33,681 nt of DNA. Source: Macrostomum lignano. Lineage: Eukaryota. Below are positions 13,441 through 25,414 of the stretch, piece after piece (positions within the stretch are counted from its first letter, which is position 1; each line of letters begins with the position of its first letter). The notes under the pieces were generated by a model, which did no database searches, was not told the DNA's origin, and worked only from the letters and a program-made list of their open reading frames with translations. A program made the translations under genes and the position numbers. The stretch is taken from the NCBI GenBank assembly GCA_002269645.1, contig NIVC01004841.1, forward strand, positions 1 to 33,681, in the 5' to 3' direction.

Positions 13441-14165
13441 TCACTCATCAACTCTGTAATGAACTCACTCATGAACTCACTCATAAACTCACTCATGAGC
13501 TCACTCATGAGCTCACTCATGAACTCACTCATGAACTCACTCATGAACTCACTCATGAACTCACTCAGGAACTCACTCATGAACTCACTCATGAACTCAC
13601 TCATGAACTCACTCATGAACTCACTCATGAACTCACTCATGAACTCACTCATGAACTCACTCATGAACTCACCTATGAACTCACTCATGAACTCACTCAT
13701 GAACTCACTCATGAACTCACTCATGAACTCACTCATGAACTCACTCATGAACTCACCTATGAACTCACTCATGAACTCACTCATGAACTCACCTATGAAC
13801 TCACTCATGAACTCACTCATGAACTCACCTATGAACTCACTCATGAACTCACCTATGAACTCACTCATGAACTCACTCATAAACTCACTCATGAACTCAC
13901 TCATGAACTCACTCATGAACTCACTCATGAACTCACTCATGAACTCACTCATGAACTCACTCATGAACTCACTCATAAACTCACTCATAAACTCTGTAAT
14001 GAACTCACTCATTAAATCACTCATGAAATCACTTATGAGCTCACTCATGAACTCACTAATGAGCTCACTCATGAACTCACTCATAAACAAACTTGAGCTC
14101 ACTCATGAACTCACTCATAAACAAACTCATGAACTCACTCATAAACTCACTCATGAACTCTCTCA
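13441..14165 (+). repeat. 12-bp minisatellite (ATGAACTCACTC)n, about 60 copies, inside the predicted intron
   Basis: Directly visible. It explains the MNSL and EFMS repeat ORFs. Confidence 0.97.
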
Positions 14166-14217
14166 AAAAATTGCTCAGAAACTAGTTTATGAGCTCAGTA
14201 ACTCCTGGACTCTCCAG

Positions 14218-14544
14218 CAGGTGTCAGCTAGGCGGCCCCAGCACATCACTGACAAGATCGAAGCCCGCCTAGAAAACAATCTGAAGCCGTGCTTCTACTA
14301 CGGCAGAAATTGTCCGCCCGGCCTTGGCGACTTCGAGACAATGCAGCACGAGCTGCCAATCATGCAGATGGGGCTGACAGCTTCCGGCATCTCTATGCCG
14401 TCGAAGTGCAACTGCGATGAGGAGAGCGAGAGGTGCGTGCGGCAATGCTACTATGCCGTGTCTAAGGCTATGGTGATGAGGTCGGCCGTGCTAGACGAAG
14501 ATGAAGGCGAGGGCGAGGGCGAGGAATGGCGGCGACGGCGATAA
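14218..14544 (+). CDS. Secreted Cys-rich protein, exon 2 (QVSARRPQHITDK...CFYYGRNC...CNC...CVRQC...EEWRRRR*); spliced product about 125-126 aa
   Basis: NAGNAG acceptor CTCTCCAG|CAG| at 14217/14220, GC3-rich codons, six Cys. The VSA completes a signal-peptidase site. Stop TAA at 14542-14544 and AATAAA at 14572. Confidence 0.82.
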   Translation, partial: QVSARRPQHITDKIEARLENNLKPCFYYGRNCPPGLGDFETMQHELPIMQMGLTASGISMPSKCNCDEESERCVRQCYYAVSKAMVMRSAVLDEDEGEGEGEEWRRRR

Positions 14545-14571
14545 ATGTTTCGGTTTTTGTTTTCGTACAGC

Positions 14572-14577
14572 AATAAA
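14572..14577 (+). terminator. Polyadenylation signal AATAAA of the Cys-rich protein gene
   Basis: Canonical hexamer about 30 nt after the stop codon, followed by AT-rich sequence. Confidence 0.6.
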
Positions 14578-15212
14578 TATAACAAATTGAATACCAAAGT
14601 ACACAGTGAAGTGTTAAATTAAACCATTAAAATAAGAAATATGCTTAGATATTTATTTCTGCTAATACCAACATAAAGATGTGATCAGACGGAGTTTTTG
14701 CTGGCACACGATGGTACAAAGTTATTTTTTTGGCGGTAATTTTTCGCGCAATATGCCCTTGGTCTACTTTCTGATGAGCATATGAGTGCGCACAGCTTCC
14801 TAATTTTTTTATTTACGCTCGTATCGTCAGAATTTGAAATTTAGGTTTATCCGACCCGACTGATGTAGCTAAGTGAGTTAACACTTAGTCTAGGGATGTC
14901 AATTCCCCGAAAAATTCGCACCCTAGGGAACCCGGGGATTTTTCGGCTAAAACCCCTTGGGTCCCGGTAAAGAATGTGTGGACATCAAAAAACACGTCGA
15001 AGTTCCAACCAAAAAAAGTTGCAGATATTGTAGCAGTTTTACTGTGCGTATGCTCTGACTGTGTAAAACGGTATCGCGGGCTTCTCTGCATGTCTGGCCC
15101 TCGGTCCTTCTGAAACTTCACAATAGCAATCTGGCCCGCTTGAGGTCTGTGTCTCTTCTCAGCTCTCTTCTCTACTCTCTCCTTTCATCTCCTCCCTCTC
15201 CCCTCCTCTCCT

Positions 15213-15986
<774 letters not shown>

Positions 15987-16410
15987 TTTTTGGACATCAT
16001 TTTTGGACCTATGCCGCTGACCTAAGTTTGTAGAGCTTTTCAGAAATCTTAGAAATTCTACGCTCATATATTAATCGAAGCATCTTACTACGTAGTTACA
16101 GTAGCAAACATAGAATAATACTCGTAGCTGTGTCTCTCCGGAGTACGAAGGTTGCCCGCCGAAGAATTCCAACCGATATACGCGTATATCTGTTAAAACG
16201 GTCCTATTTAACACATTCTAAGAACACAAAGCACAGAAATTAAGGATTTCTTGATAAAAATATTAAATTGAAAAATGAAAATTCACGACCTAGGGCTCTT
16301 GTTGGCATGAGTATAGTATAAGAAAACTTTTGTTCCTTCGATTTGAACTTTAATACTCGTAAATACATGCTGTGCAAAAAATCAGCTGCTTTGCATAGAG
16401 CTAAATCGGA

Positions 16411-16778
16411 TTTTTTATTAGAGGCAGAGGACTGTATGCACCCTGGCGCACTTTAAGCGACATTGTCACACAACCGGCGAGAGGCGTTACTGCCCATTCC
16501 GCCGACTCCCCTGAGCAGGCACACAAGCGCGCGGCTACGCACGCAGTCATACGCACAGGCACTCACTCACACAGGAGTGCACAGCGGCCCTAACTTTATT
16601 TATCGTTAGGCAAGTACACTTCACTGCGCCTTGGGGGGTTGGCTCTCAAGGGCATTAACTGCACGAGCAGAGCCAAGCCGAGATTCCAATTCAGCCCCAA
16701 ATTAATGTGACTGCACTTGGAATCGAGCCTGGGTCGCTGGCACACCAGAGCAGCTGCGCTACCGCTGGGCTACGGCCC
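16411..16778 (-). mobile_element. tRNA-derived SINE, full-length copy A
   Basis: The minus strand begins GGGCCGTAGCCCAGCGGTAG (A-box), carries GGCTCGATTCC (B-box) and ends CTCTAATAAAAAA. It is homologous along its length to 17853-18195. Confidence 0.8.
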
Positions 16779-17852
16779 TTGTTAAACGGAGTTTTGCCAT
16801 GAACAAATAGATCAAAGTTTGTAAAGAAAAAGTACACAAAAGTCGCGGATAGAGGATAGAAAAAACAGAAATTTTACCGGTAGTATTTCATGAAAAATAG
16901 CTTGTAAAAATAAAAATAAAAATAGTTGGTAAAAATTAAACAGAAAGCATCAATGTTGATGATGAATGGAAGCTGAAACAAAATTTCCGAAATGAGCACA
17001 AATTGGAGTTCTCAGCCAATAATGACCCGATCGACTAAAACAAATAATTACACAGCTGCAGTTTGAACCGACTCGGTGTTGCCTTCCTCCTATAAATGAA
17101 TTACTTTTTAGTTCGCGAAAAATTATCCTCTTTTAAATCAGACAGAGCCGAACGGTTCCGCCAACCGGAAGCGGGAAAACCGCATGCCGGCTTCCCCATG
17201 CGTGAGCCGTTCGACTATGGAAATTGCGGCACCCAGGCAAGATGGGCTTGAAAACAGCGCACTAAAGCAGCGGCTCAGTTTAGCTTTCTTTGGTTAAATT
17301 TTTTCAGCAATATTCAATACTTGTTTACGTCAGATAATATAATGCGAGTTCTGGAGTTTGAGCTAGAAACTGAGTGAGAATCGGATGAAAAAATTAAAAT
17401 TAACTAGCGGATTGTTGTTGAATTTAGTATCACACACTGCTCAAAAAACGGTAAACTTATTGTTTAATCATTCATCAACAGTATTGTAATAAAATTTGTT
17501 GACCAGTTTTATATAAGCCGTTATTGTAGGTAACAGTCACTTTCATTAACTACTACTTACCACCGCGATTGCTGGCTGACAGTAGTATGAAGGGCGCGGC
17601 GGACAGTTAAACAAAAACTTATTGAAAGAAAAAAATATTTTTCTAAGCAATTGTAGCTTCAAATTTACGTCATTTCTAACAACAACAAAATAAATTAGAA
17701 ATTGGTCAGAAAACTCCCTATGCACTAGCCATCATATGCCACTGATCTTCACAAAACAGCACGATTCGATGCTAACCAATTACGAGTAAACAGAAAGAGA
17801 CAGATGGGGGACCAGGAGCATCACAGACAGGAGAAACAGGCTCCTGGATTTG

Positions 17853-18195
17853 TTTTACTTTTATCAGAGGCAGGAGGCTGTGAGCACCCTGGCGCACTCT
17901 AAGCGACATTGTCACACAACCGGCGAGAGGCATTGCTGCCCATTCCGCCGACTCCCCTGAGCAGGCATACAAGCGCGCAGATACGTACGCAGTCATTAGC
18001 ACAGGCACACACTTTATTGAACGATAGGCATGTACACTTCACTGTGCCTTGGGGTTTGGCTTTCAAGGGCGTTAATTGCACGAGCAGAGCCAAGCCGAGA
18101 TTCCAATTCAGCCCCAAATTAATGACTGCACTTGGAATCGAGCCTGGGCCGCTGGAATATCAGAGCACTGCGCAGGACCACTGGGATACGCCCCC
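17853..18195 (-). mobile_element. tRNA-derived SINE, copy B
   Basis: Same family as copy A, with long identical blocks such as CACGAGCAGAGCCAAGCCGAGATTCCAATTCAGCCCCAAATTAATG. It has an internal deletion of about 25 nt relative to A and A/B-box-like motifs at the right end. Confidence 0.8.
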
Positions 18196-18753
18196 AGGCT
18201 ACTGCATAATCAGTTCAGGAATTTCGTGTTAGTAAATAACCCCAAATCAATGAGCTCCCTGCTCACTAATGTTTTTCCAAGACGCAATCTCTTTTCTGAG
18301 CTCAAGTTCCAGCATCCACTCGCTAGCATAAACAGATACTCGTATTTTTTAGGGAAAAGTCGGGAAGGACTCCCACTGGAATCGCACCAGAGTCGGCTTT
18401 TGTCCAGCTTCTGGAAGGGTGCAGAGATATGCCATTGATCAAGCAGTCACCAACAGCCGGACTGGACACCCCCAAACCGCCGGTGCTTTGGCTGCAAGGC
18501 GCATTTTGTCCAAACAGTTTTTCAAACGAGCTCAACTTTCGCCGGAAATGCCGGATTAGCAGAGTGCAGCAGGAAAAATTTTCTAGCAACAACTTTTCAA
18601 CCCAGCGTCCGATTAAAATCCAGCCCTGCATCATCGCTTCAGCTAGAATTGATGAGGTCCCGGCAATTTTCGCTGTTCCGAAACCGGTCCGCCCCGGCAA
18701 CCAGACTTTTTAATTGCCGCTGCAGGAAGCAGAGCGGATGAAGCGAATTTCGC

Positions 18754-18759
18754 TATAAA
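18754..18759 (+). promoter_or_regulatory. Candidate TATA box of the acidic precursor gene
   Basis: TATAAA about 125 nt upstream of the ATG at 18882. The position is plausible but no TSS evidence is available. Confidence 0.4.
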
Positions 18760-18881
18760 TTCGATACGGACTGCTCGCGAAGCCGGGATCGAACTCGAAT
18801 TGTCTCAGCGACTCCTCCAGGTTCCGCAGCTGTCCCTCCCCCCGGTTTTGCTTGCCAAACAAATCGAGACAGACAAAAAGC

Positions 18882-18941
18882 ATGCGCCTTCTGTTGGTTG
18901 CCATGGGCATCGCGCTCTGCATCGCGCAGATGCACCGTGAG
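18882..18941 (+). CDS. Acidic secreted precursor, exon 1 (signal peptide MRLLLVAMGIALCIAQMHRE)
   Basis: ATG, hydrophobic core and a phase-0 donor GAG|GTGAGA. The 92-nt intron ends in a C-run plus TACAG, and the exon joins in frame to the 427-aa ORF. Confidence 0.85.
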
Positions 18942-19033
18942 GTGAGACAAATTTATCAAAATGCCTCAAATTGGATTTTTTGAGTTAAAGTGAACTTCCG
19001 TAGCCTTAAAATCGCACCCCCCCCCCCCTACAG

Positions 19034-20374
19034 TCTGATGCGCGAGCTCTCAAGCGTCAAGCCTACGACGTAGGCTACTCCGATAGCGTCATGCCGTCGA
19101 GCTTCGACGATATGAAGAGGGAAGACTCAATTTTCGATGAGTACGATGATCAGGACGACGAAGGGGGCCTGTTTGGCAGACGGAAGAAGGAGGACGATGA
19201 GGAAGATGAAGAAGAGGAGTATGAGGAGGAGGAAGAAGAGGAAGAGGAGACCGAGGACAGGAGGAAGCGACAGGATAATCGAGTAGAACAGGAGGAGGTC
19301 GAAGAGATTATAGAGGAGATTGAAGAAGAGGTGGAGGAGATCCGAGAAGAGGAGTATGAGGAGGAGGAGGAGGAGAGCTACGACAGAAGGAAGAAGCGAC
19401 AGGACGATGAGGAAGATGAAGAAGAGGAGAATGAGGAGGAGGAGGAGGAGGAGGAGGAGAGCTACGACAGAAGGAAGAAGCGACAGGACGATGAGGAAGA
19501 TGAAGAAGAGGAGTATGAGGAGGAGGAGGAGGAGGAGAGCTACGACAGGAGGAAGAAGCGACAGGACGATGAGGAAGATGAAGAAGAGGAGTATGAGGAG
19601 GAGGAGGAGGAGAGCTACGACAGGAGGAAGAAGCGACAGGACGATGAGGAAGATGAAGAAGAGGAGAATGAGGAGGAGGAGGAGGAGGAGGAGAACTACG
19701 ACAGGAAGAAGCGACAGGACGATGAGGAAGATGAGGAAGAGGAGTATGAGGAGGAAGAGGAGGAGGAGGAGAACTACGACAGGAGGAAGAAGCGACAGGA
19801 TGATGAGGAAGATGAAGAAGAGGAGAATGAGGAGGAGGAGGAGGAGGAGGAGAACTACGACAGGAGGAAGAAGCGACAGGACGATGAGGAAGATGAAGAA
19901 GAGGAGTATGAGGAGGAGGAGGAGAACTACGACAGGAAGAAGCGACAGGATGATGAGGAAGATGAAGAAGAGGAGAATGAGGAGGAGGAGGAGGAGGAGG
20001 AGAGCTACGACAGAAGGAAGAAGCGACAGGACGATGAGGAAGATGAAGAAGAGGAGTATGAAGAGGATGAGGAGAACTACGACAGGAAGAAGCGACAGGA
20101 TGATGAGGAAGATGAAGAAGAGGAGAATGAGGAGGAGGAGGAGGAGGAGGAGGAGAGCGAGGACAGGAGGAAGAAGCGACAGGAGGACGAGGAAGATGAA
20201 GAATACGAGGAGGACTACGACAGGAAGAAGAAGTATAGTGACATGGACTTCTATGACGAGGACATCGAGTCCAACCCGGACCAAGAATTTTTCGGCCGGA
20301 GGAAGAAGGAGGACGACCAGGACGAGGATGAGGACTACTATAAGAGGAGGAAGCGGGCCAGGCGTTCGGTCTAG
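19034..20374 (+). CDS. Acidic secreted precursor, exon 2 (SDARALKR...RRSV*): prohormone/granin-like polyprotein, 466 aa spliced
   Basis: Acceptor CCCTACAG|TCT is in frame with the ORF at 19091. There are 11 KKRQ plus 1 RKRQ repeat junctions, and all repeat length variation is in whole codons. Two FG-RRKK motifs are present; stop TAG at 20372-20374 and ATTAAA at 20528. Confidence 0.9.
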   Translation, partial: SDARALKRQAYDVGYSDSVMPSSFDDMKREDSIFDEYDDQDDEGGLFGRRKKEDDEEDEEEEYEEEEEEEEETEDRRKRQDNRVEQEEVEEIIEEIEEEVEEIREEEYEEEEEESYDRRKKRQDDEEDEEEENEEEEEEEEESYDRRKKRQDDEEDEEEEYEEEEEEESYDRRKKRQDDEEDEEEEYEEEEEESYDRRKKRQDDEEDEEEENEEEEEEEENYDRKKRQDDEEDEEEEYEEEEEEEENYDRRKKRQDDEEDEEEENEEEEEEEENYDRRKKRQDDEEDEEEEYEEEEENYDRKKRQDDEEDEEEENEEEEEEEESYDRRKKRQDDEEDEEEEYEEDEENYDRKKRQDDEEDEEEENEEEEEEEEESEDRRKKRQEDEEDEEYEEDYDRKKKYSDMDFYDEDIESNPDQEFFGRRKKEDDQDEDEDYYKRRKRARRSV

Positions 20375-20756
20375 GAGAATCAGCGGAGATCCGCGCGAGT
20401 CAGTGCGCTGAAGGAACTGACCGACAAGAGCTGCAGGCTTCACACTGGACTGAAACCGTCTTGCCCCGATCTTATTAACTTAAAGCATGCACCAATGCTT
20501 CAAGACTATGTTTGGCGCCTAGAGCCTATTAAAAACATTTTTGACAGTAAAACTAAAATATATAATTGTAACATCCCGAAAAATGCGACAAAACGAACGA
20601 TTTTAGTGATAAATTTTAAACTCGGTGGGTTTCAAATTTTAAGCTAAATGACATGCATGAGCACTTTAACTGACTCCTGTTCGGCACCTCTTATGCTTTG
20701 ACCTTCAGCTGCGCTGCATTCTGACAGAAAACATCCGAAAATTTTGTCTGTCAAAA

Positions 20757-22222
<1,466 letters not shown>

Positions 22223-22826
22223 GTTATTCCATAAACTTGATTCCAGATTCAAGTCCCGGAGATGGAATTACGTGTAAGTAGGATATTCTTGCTGGGGAGT
22301 TTGGGATCTGATTGGCAGGCAAGAAGATTTCGCTGATTCCGGATGAAGCATCGGGCCGCAGCTGCAGTGCTCAAATCGCTCAGAAGAGAATTGCTTTAGC
22401 CAGGCCGGGTCCCCATGCCACAGCGCGTTCTGTATGGGGATAACTTGGCCGCTCACAGCAGAAAAGTGGGGGGGGGGGAACAGGCGCAAGTGGCAGAGGC
22501 GGAGATCGCAGTTGGATTATAAAGTTTTCCTACGGCACGCGATAGCCCTGCCTGATGCGGCCAGACTTGGCTGGGGCAGGAGTGTAAAAGTTACAGAATG
22601 GCTCCCCCCTACCCGCCACGGTCCCTCCAGCTCAGTGATCGATGGGGCCGCTGCGAGCCTCAGCAATAATCGACATGTTGAATCTTGATACCCCATTCAC
22701 GGCTCCTCTCCGCCTCACATCCGCAATTCGTTTTCCCATGATCCCAGAGGCCCCGTTGGATTGCAGTGAAAGTGCATCACTTCTGCGGCCTGCACCCTCG
22801 CCTTTGTCTCGCCCTCTAATCTCTCT

Positions 22827-23021
22827 TCCATCTCTCTGCCTACTCTCTGCCATCTGCTTGCCATCTGTCTGCCTACTCTCTGCTATCTGTCTGCCTACTC
22901 TCTGCCATCTGTCTGCCTACTCTCTGCCATCTGTCTGCCATCTGTCTGCCTACTCTCTGCCATCTGTCTGCCTACTCTCTGCCATCTGTCTGCCTACTCT
23001 CTGCCATCTGTCTGCCTACTC
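22827..23021 (+). repeat. Pyrimidine-rich 22-bp minisatellite (CTACTCTCTGCCATCTGTCTGC)n, about 8 imperfect copies
   Basis: Directly visible. Confidence 0.9.
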
Positions 23022-23562
23022 CCTACTCGTCTTGTCCTCTCTTTCCCTTTTCCTGCCTGCCACCAATCGTTCCCAAACATGTCTACTTCACACAACAACA
23101 AAGCACTTCTGCTTTAGCATCTCCATCCCAGTTCCTTCACTATTCCCAGCTTCCCCCTAACAGGTGTCTGAAGGACTGATTCTCAGTTTGAGCTGAGCAG
23201 GCTAAAAATAGCAGCGAGAGCCACGACTGGCAGAATCAGCAGAGTTGAGTTCCTTCAATGTTTGCGCCCACCTACAGACCGGAGCTGCCCAAATACTATG
23301 GGGGGGGGGGCGAAAGACTTCTCCATGAACTCTCATTGGCTGAGACAGTGATGGGGCTGTTGCCAAGGCCGCAGTTGCTGACTGGCTGGGCAAAACTGCT
23401 CCGTAGTGTTAACACATAATTTCCCTTCCTTCATATTTAACGACCAGAACCTTTGTGAACTGCATCCCGGCCAGAAGGAAGCGTCTGTCTGATGCTGTTC
23501 TCAAGTTCTCAAGGTAAGGTTGACAGCTCAATTTTATAAAGACGTTGAAGTGAAGCAAAGTT

Positions 23563-24403
23563 GCTATGGGAATCTTAGCTATGAGAATCTTAGCTATGAG
23601 AATCTTAGATATGAAAATCTTGGCTTTGAAAATCTTAGCTATGAGAATCTTAGCTATGAGAATCTTAGCTATGATAATCTTGGCTTTGAAAATCTTAGCT
23701 ATGAGAATCTTGGCTATGAGAATCGTAGCTATGAAAATCTTGGCTATGAGAATCTTAGCTATGAGAATCGTAGCTATGAAAATCTTAGCTATGAAAATCT
23801 TAGCTATGAGAATCTTAGCTATGAGAATCTTAGCTATGAGAATCTTAGCTATGAGAATCGTAGCTATGAAAATCTTAGCTATGAAAATCTTAGCTATGAG
23901 AATCTTAGCTATGAAAATCTTAGCTATGAGAATCTTAGCTATGAGAATCTTAGCTATGATAATCTTGGCTTTGAAAATCTTAGCTATGAGAATCTTGGCT
24001 ATGAGAATCGTAGCTATGAGAATCTTGGCTATGAGAATCTTAGCTATGAGAATCGTAGCTATGAAAATCTTAGCTATGAAAATCTTAGCTATGAGAATCT
24101 TAGCTATGAGAATCGTAGCTATGAGAATCTTAGCTATGAGAATCTTAGCTATGAGAATCTTAGCTATGAGAATCTTAGCTATGAGAATCGTAGCTATGAG
24201 AATCTTGGCTATGAGACTCTTAGCTATGAAAATCTTAGCTATGAAAATCTTAGCTATGAGAAGCTTGGCTTTGAAAATCTTAGCTATGAGAATCTTAGCT
24301 ATGAGAATCTTAGCTATGAGAATCTTGGCTATGAGAATCTTAGCTATGAGAATCTTAGCTATGAGAATCTTGGCTATGAGAATCTTAGCTATGAGAATCT
24401 TAG
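23563..24403 (+). repeat. 15-bp minisatellite (AATCTTAGCTATGAG)n, about 56 copies
   Basis: Directly visible. It explains the ENLSY, ILAMR and KILIA ORFs. Confidence 0.98.
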
Positions 24404-24648
24404 TACCCAGCGAACAGCATGACTGAGCACTTTCTGAGCAGTTTTTGTCCTCTCTTTCTGTTTCCCTCTCCCAATAAACATGAAACAAAGATTAATCTGC
24501 TGGCCAAAGTCCTCAGGGCGGTTCATTTCGATCAGACAGCCGTCTTCGATCTGCCTCACCCACCCGTCGGATCCCACTGCTCCCAGCTCAACTTCTCCTC
24601 AGCCATCCACACTGTGTTTCATTTTTTTTCAATTTTCTGTGGGAGACA

Positions 24649-24858
24649 GATTTTAGCGCTAATTATAGGCGCCATAGCCGAGATTTTAGCGCCAAGTAAG
24701 CGCCATAGCTGAGATTTTAGCGCCAAGTAAGCGCCATAGCCGAGATTTTAGCGCCAATTAAGAGCCATAGCCGAGATTTTAGCGCAAAGTAAGCGCCATA
24801 GCCGAGATTTTAGCGCCAAGTAAGTGCCAAGCTGAGATTTTAGCGCCAAGTAAGCGCC
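24649..24858 (+). repeat. 31-bp minisatellite (GATTTTAGCGCCAAGTAAGCGCCATAGCCGA)n, about 7 copies
   Basis: Unit starts at 24649, 24682, 24713, 24744, 24775, 24806 and 24836. Confidence 0.95.
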
Positions 24859-25414
24859 GCACCTGATGCGCAGCCCTCACTGATTGCTTCATGCATCAGT
24901 TGACAGAGAATTCCTACAGGACCTACAGGAAAAAATCTGCGACCTTCCTATGCTGACTTCGCGTCAATTTCTCTACCATTAACAACTCTTTCTCTCCGCT
25001 TTGCCTGCACAAAAGCGCAGGGCCGAGAGGCCTCGGTTCTCTCGTCAGTTCCAGATTCTATTGGAACAGCAGGGGAATGACAGAAAGCTGCTGAATGCCA
25101 GCTCTCTGCCTGCGAGTGTTTATCAGCCACCGCAAATATTCCCTGCCGTGTTTATCTACTGGGAGAGGAGGGAGCCCAGCAGCCCCGCCTGCCTGCCGGT
25201 CTGTCTGTCTGTAATCCCAAATCCCCAGGCCTCTTATTGCCCACGCACTCATACCGTTTTCCATTTTCTGTCCACCTTGGTAATTCTCCTCTGCATCGGC
25301 AGGGAGCTGGAATTTATTCGATGGGAGAGGAGCGGGTTGGGAGTTCGAAGACGGAAGTGACAGCAGCTGATTTCAGCTGGGAGTCTCGGGGCAACTGAGA
25401 GCTCCTGCTTTGTT

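Noticed and set aside
14890-14960. TAGGGATGTCAA, resembling a hAT-type transposon terminus
   Set aside because: No matching downstream inverted terminus or 8-bp target-site duplication was found.
19127-20443. 438-aa Leu/Phe-rich minus-strand ORF resembling a membrane protein
   Set aside because: It is the antisense shadow of the GAG/GAA-rich acidic gene, which has the signal exon, splice sites and processing motifs.
24607-25272. Peptide echo HTVFHFFS / HTVFHFLS in two short ORFs, with third-position differences
   Set aside because: It is only eight codons of T-rich sequence, was found post hoc among many six-frame comparisons, and the similarity does not extend.
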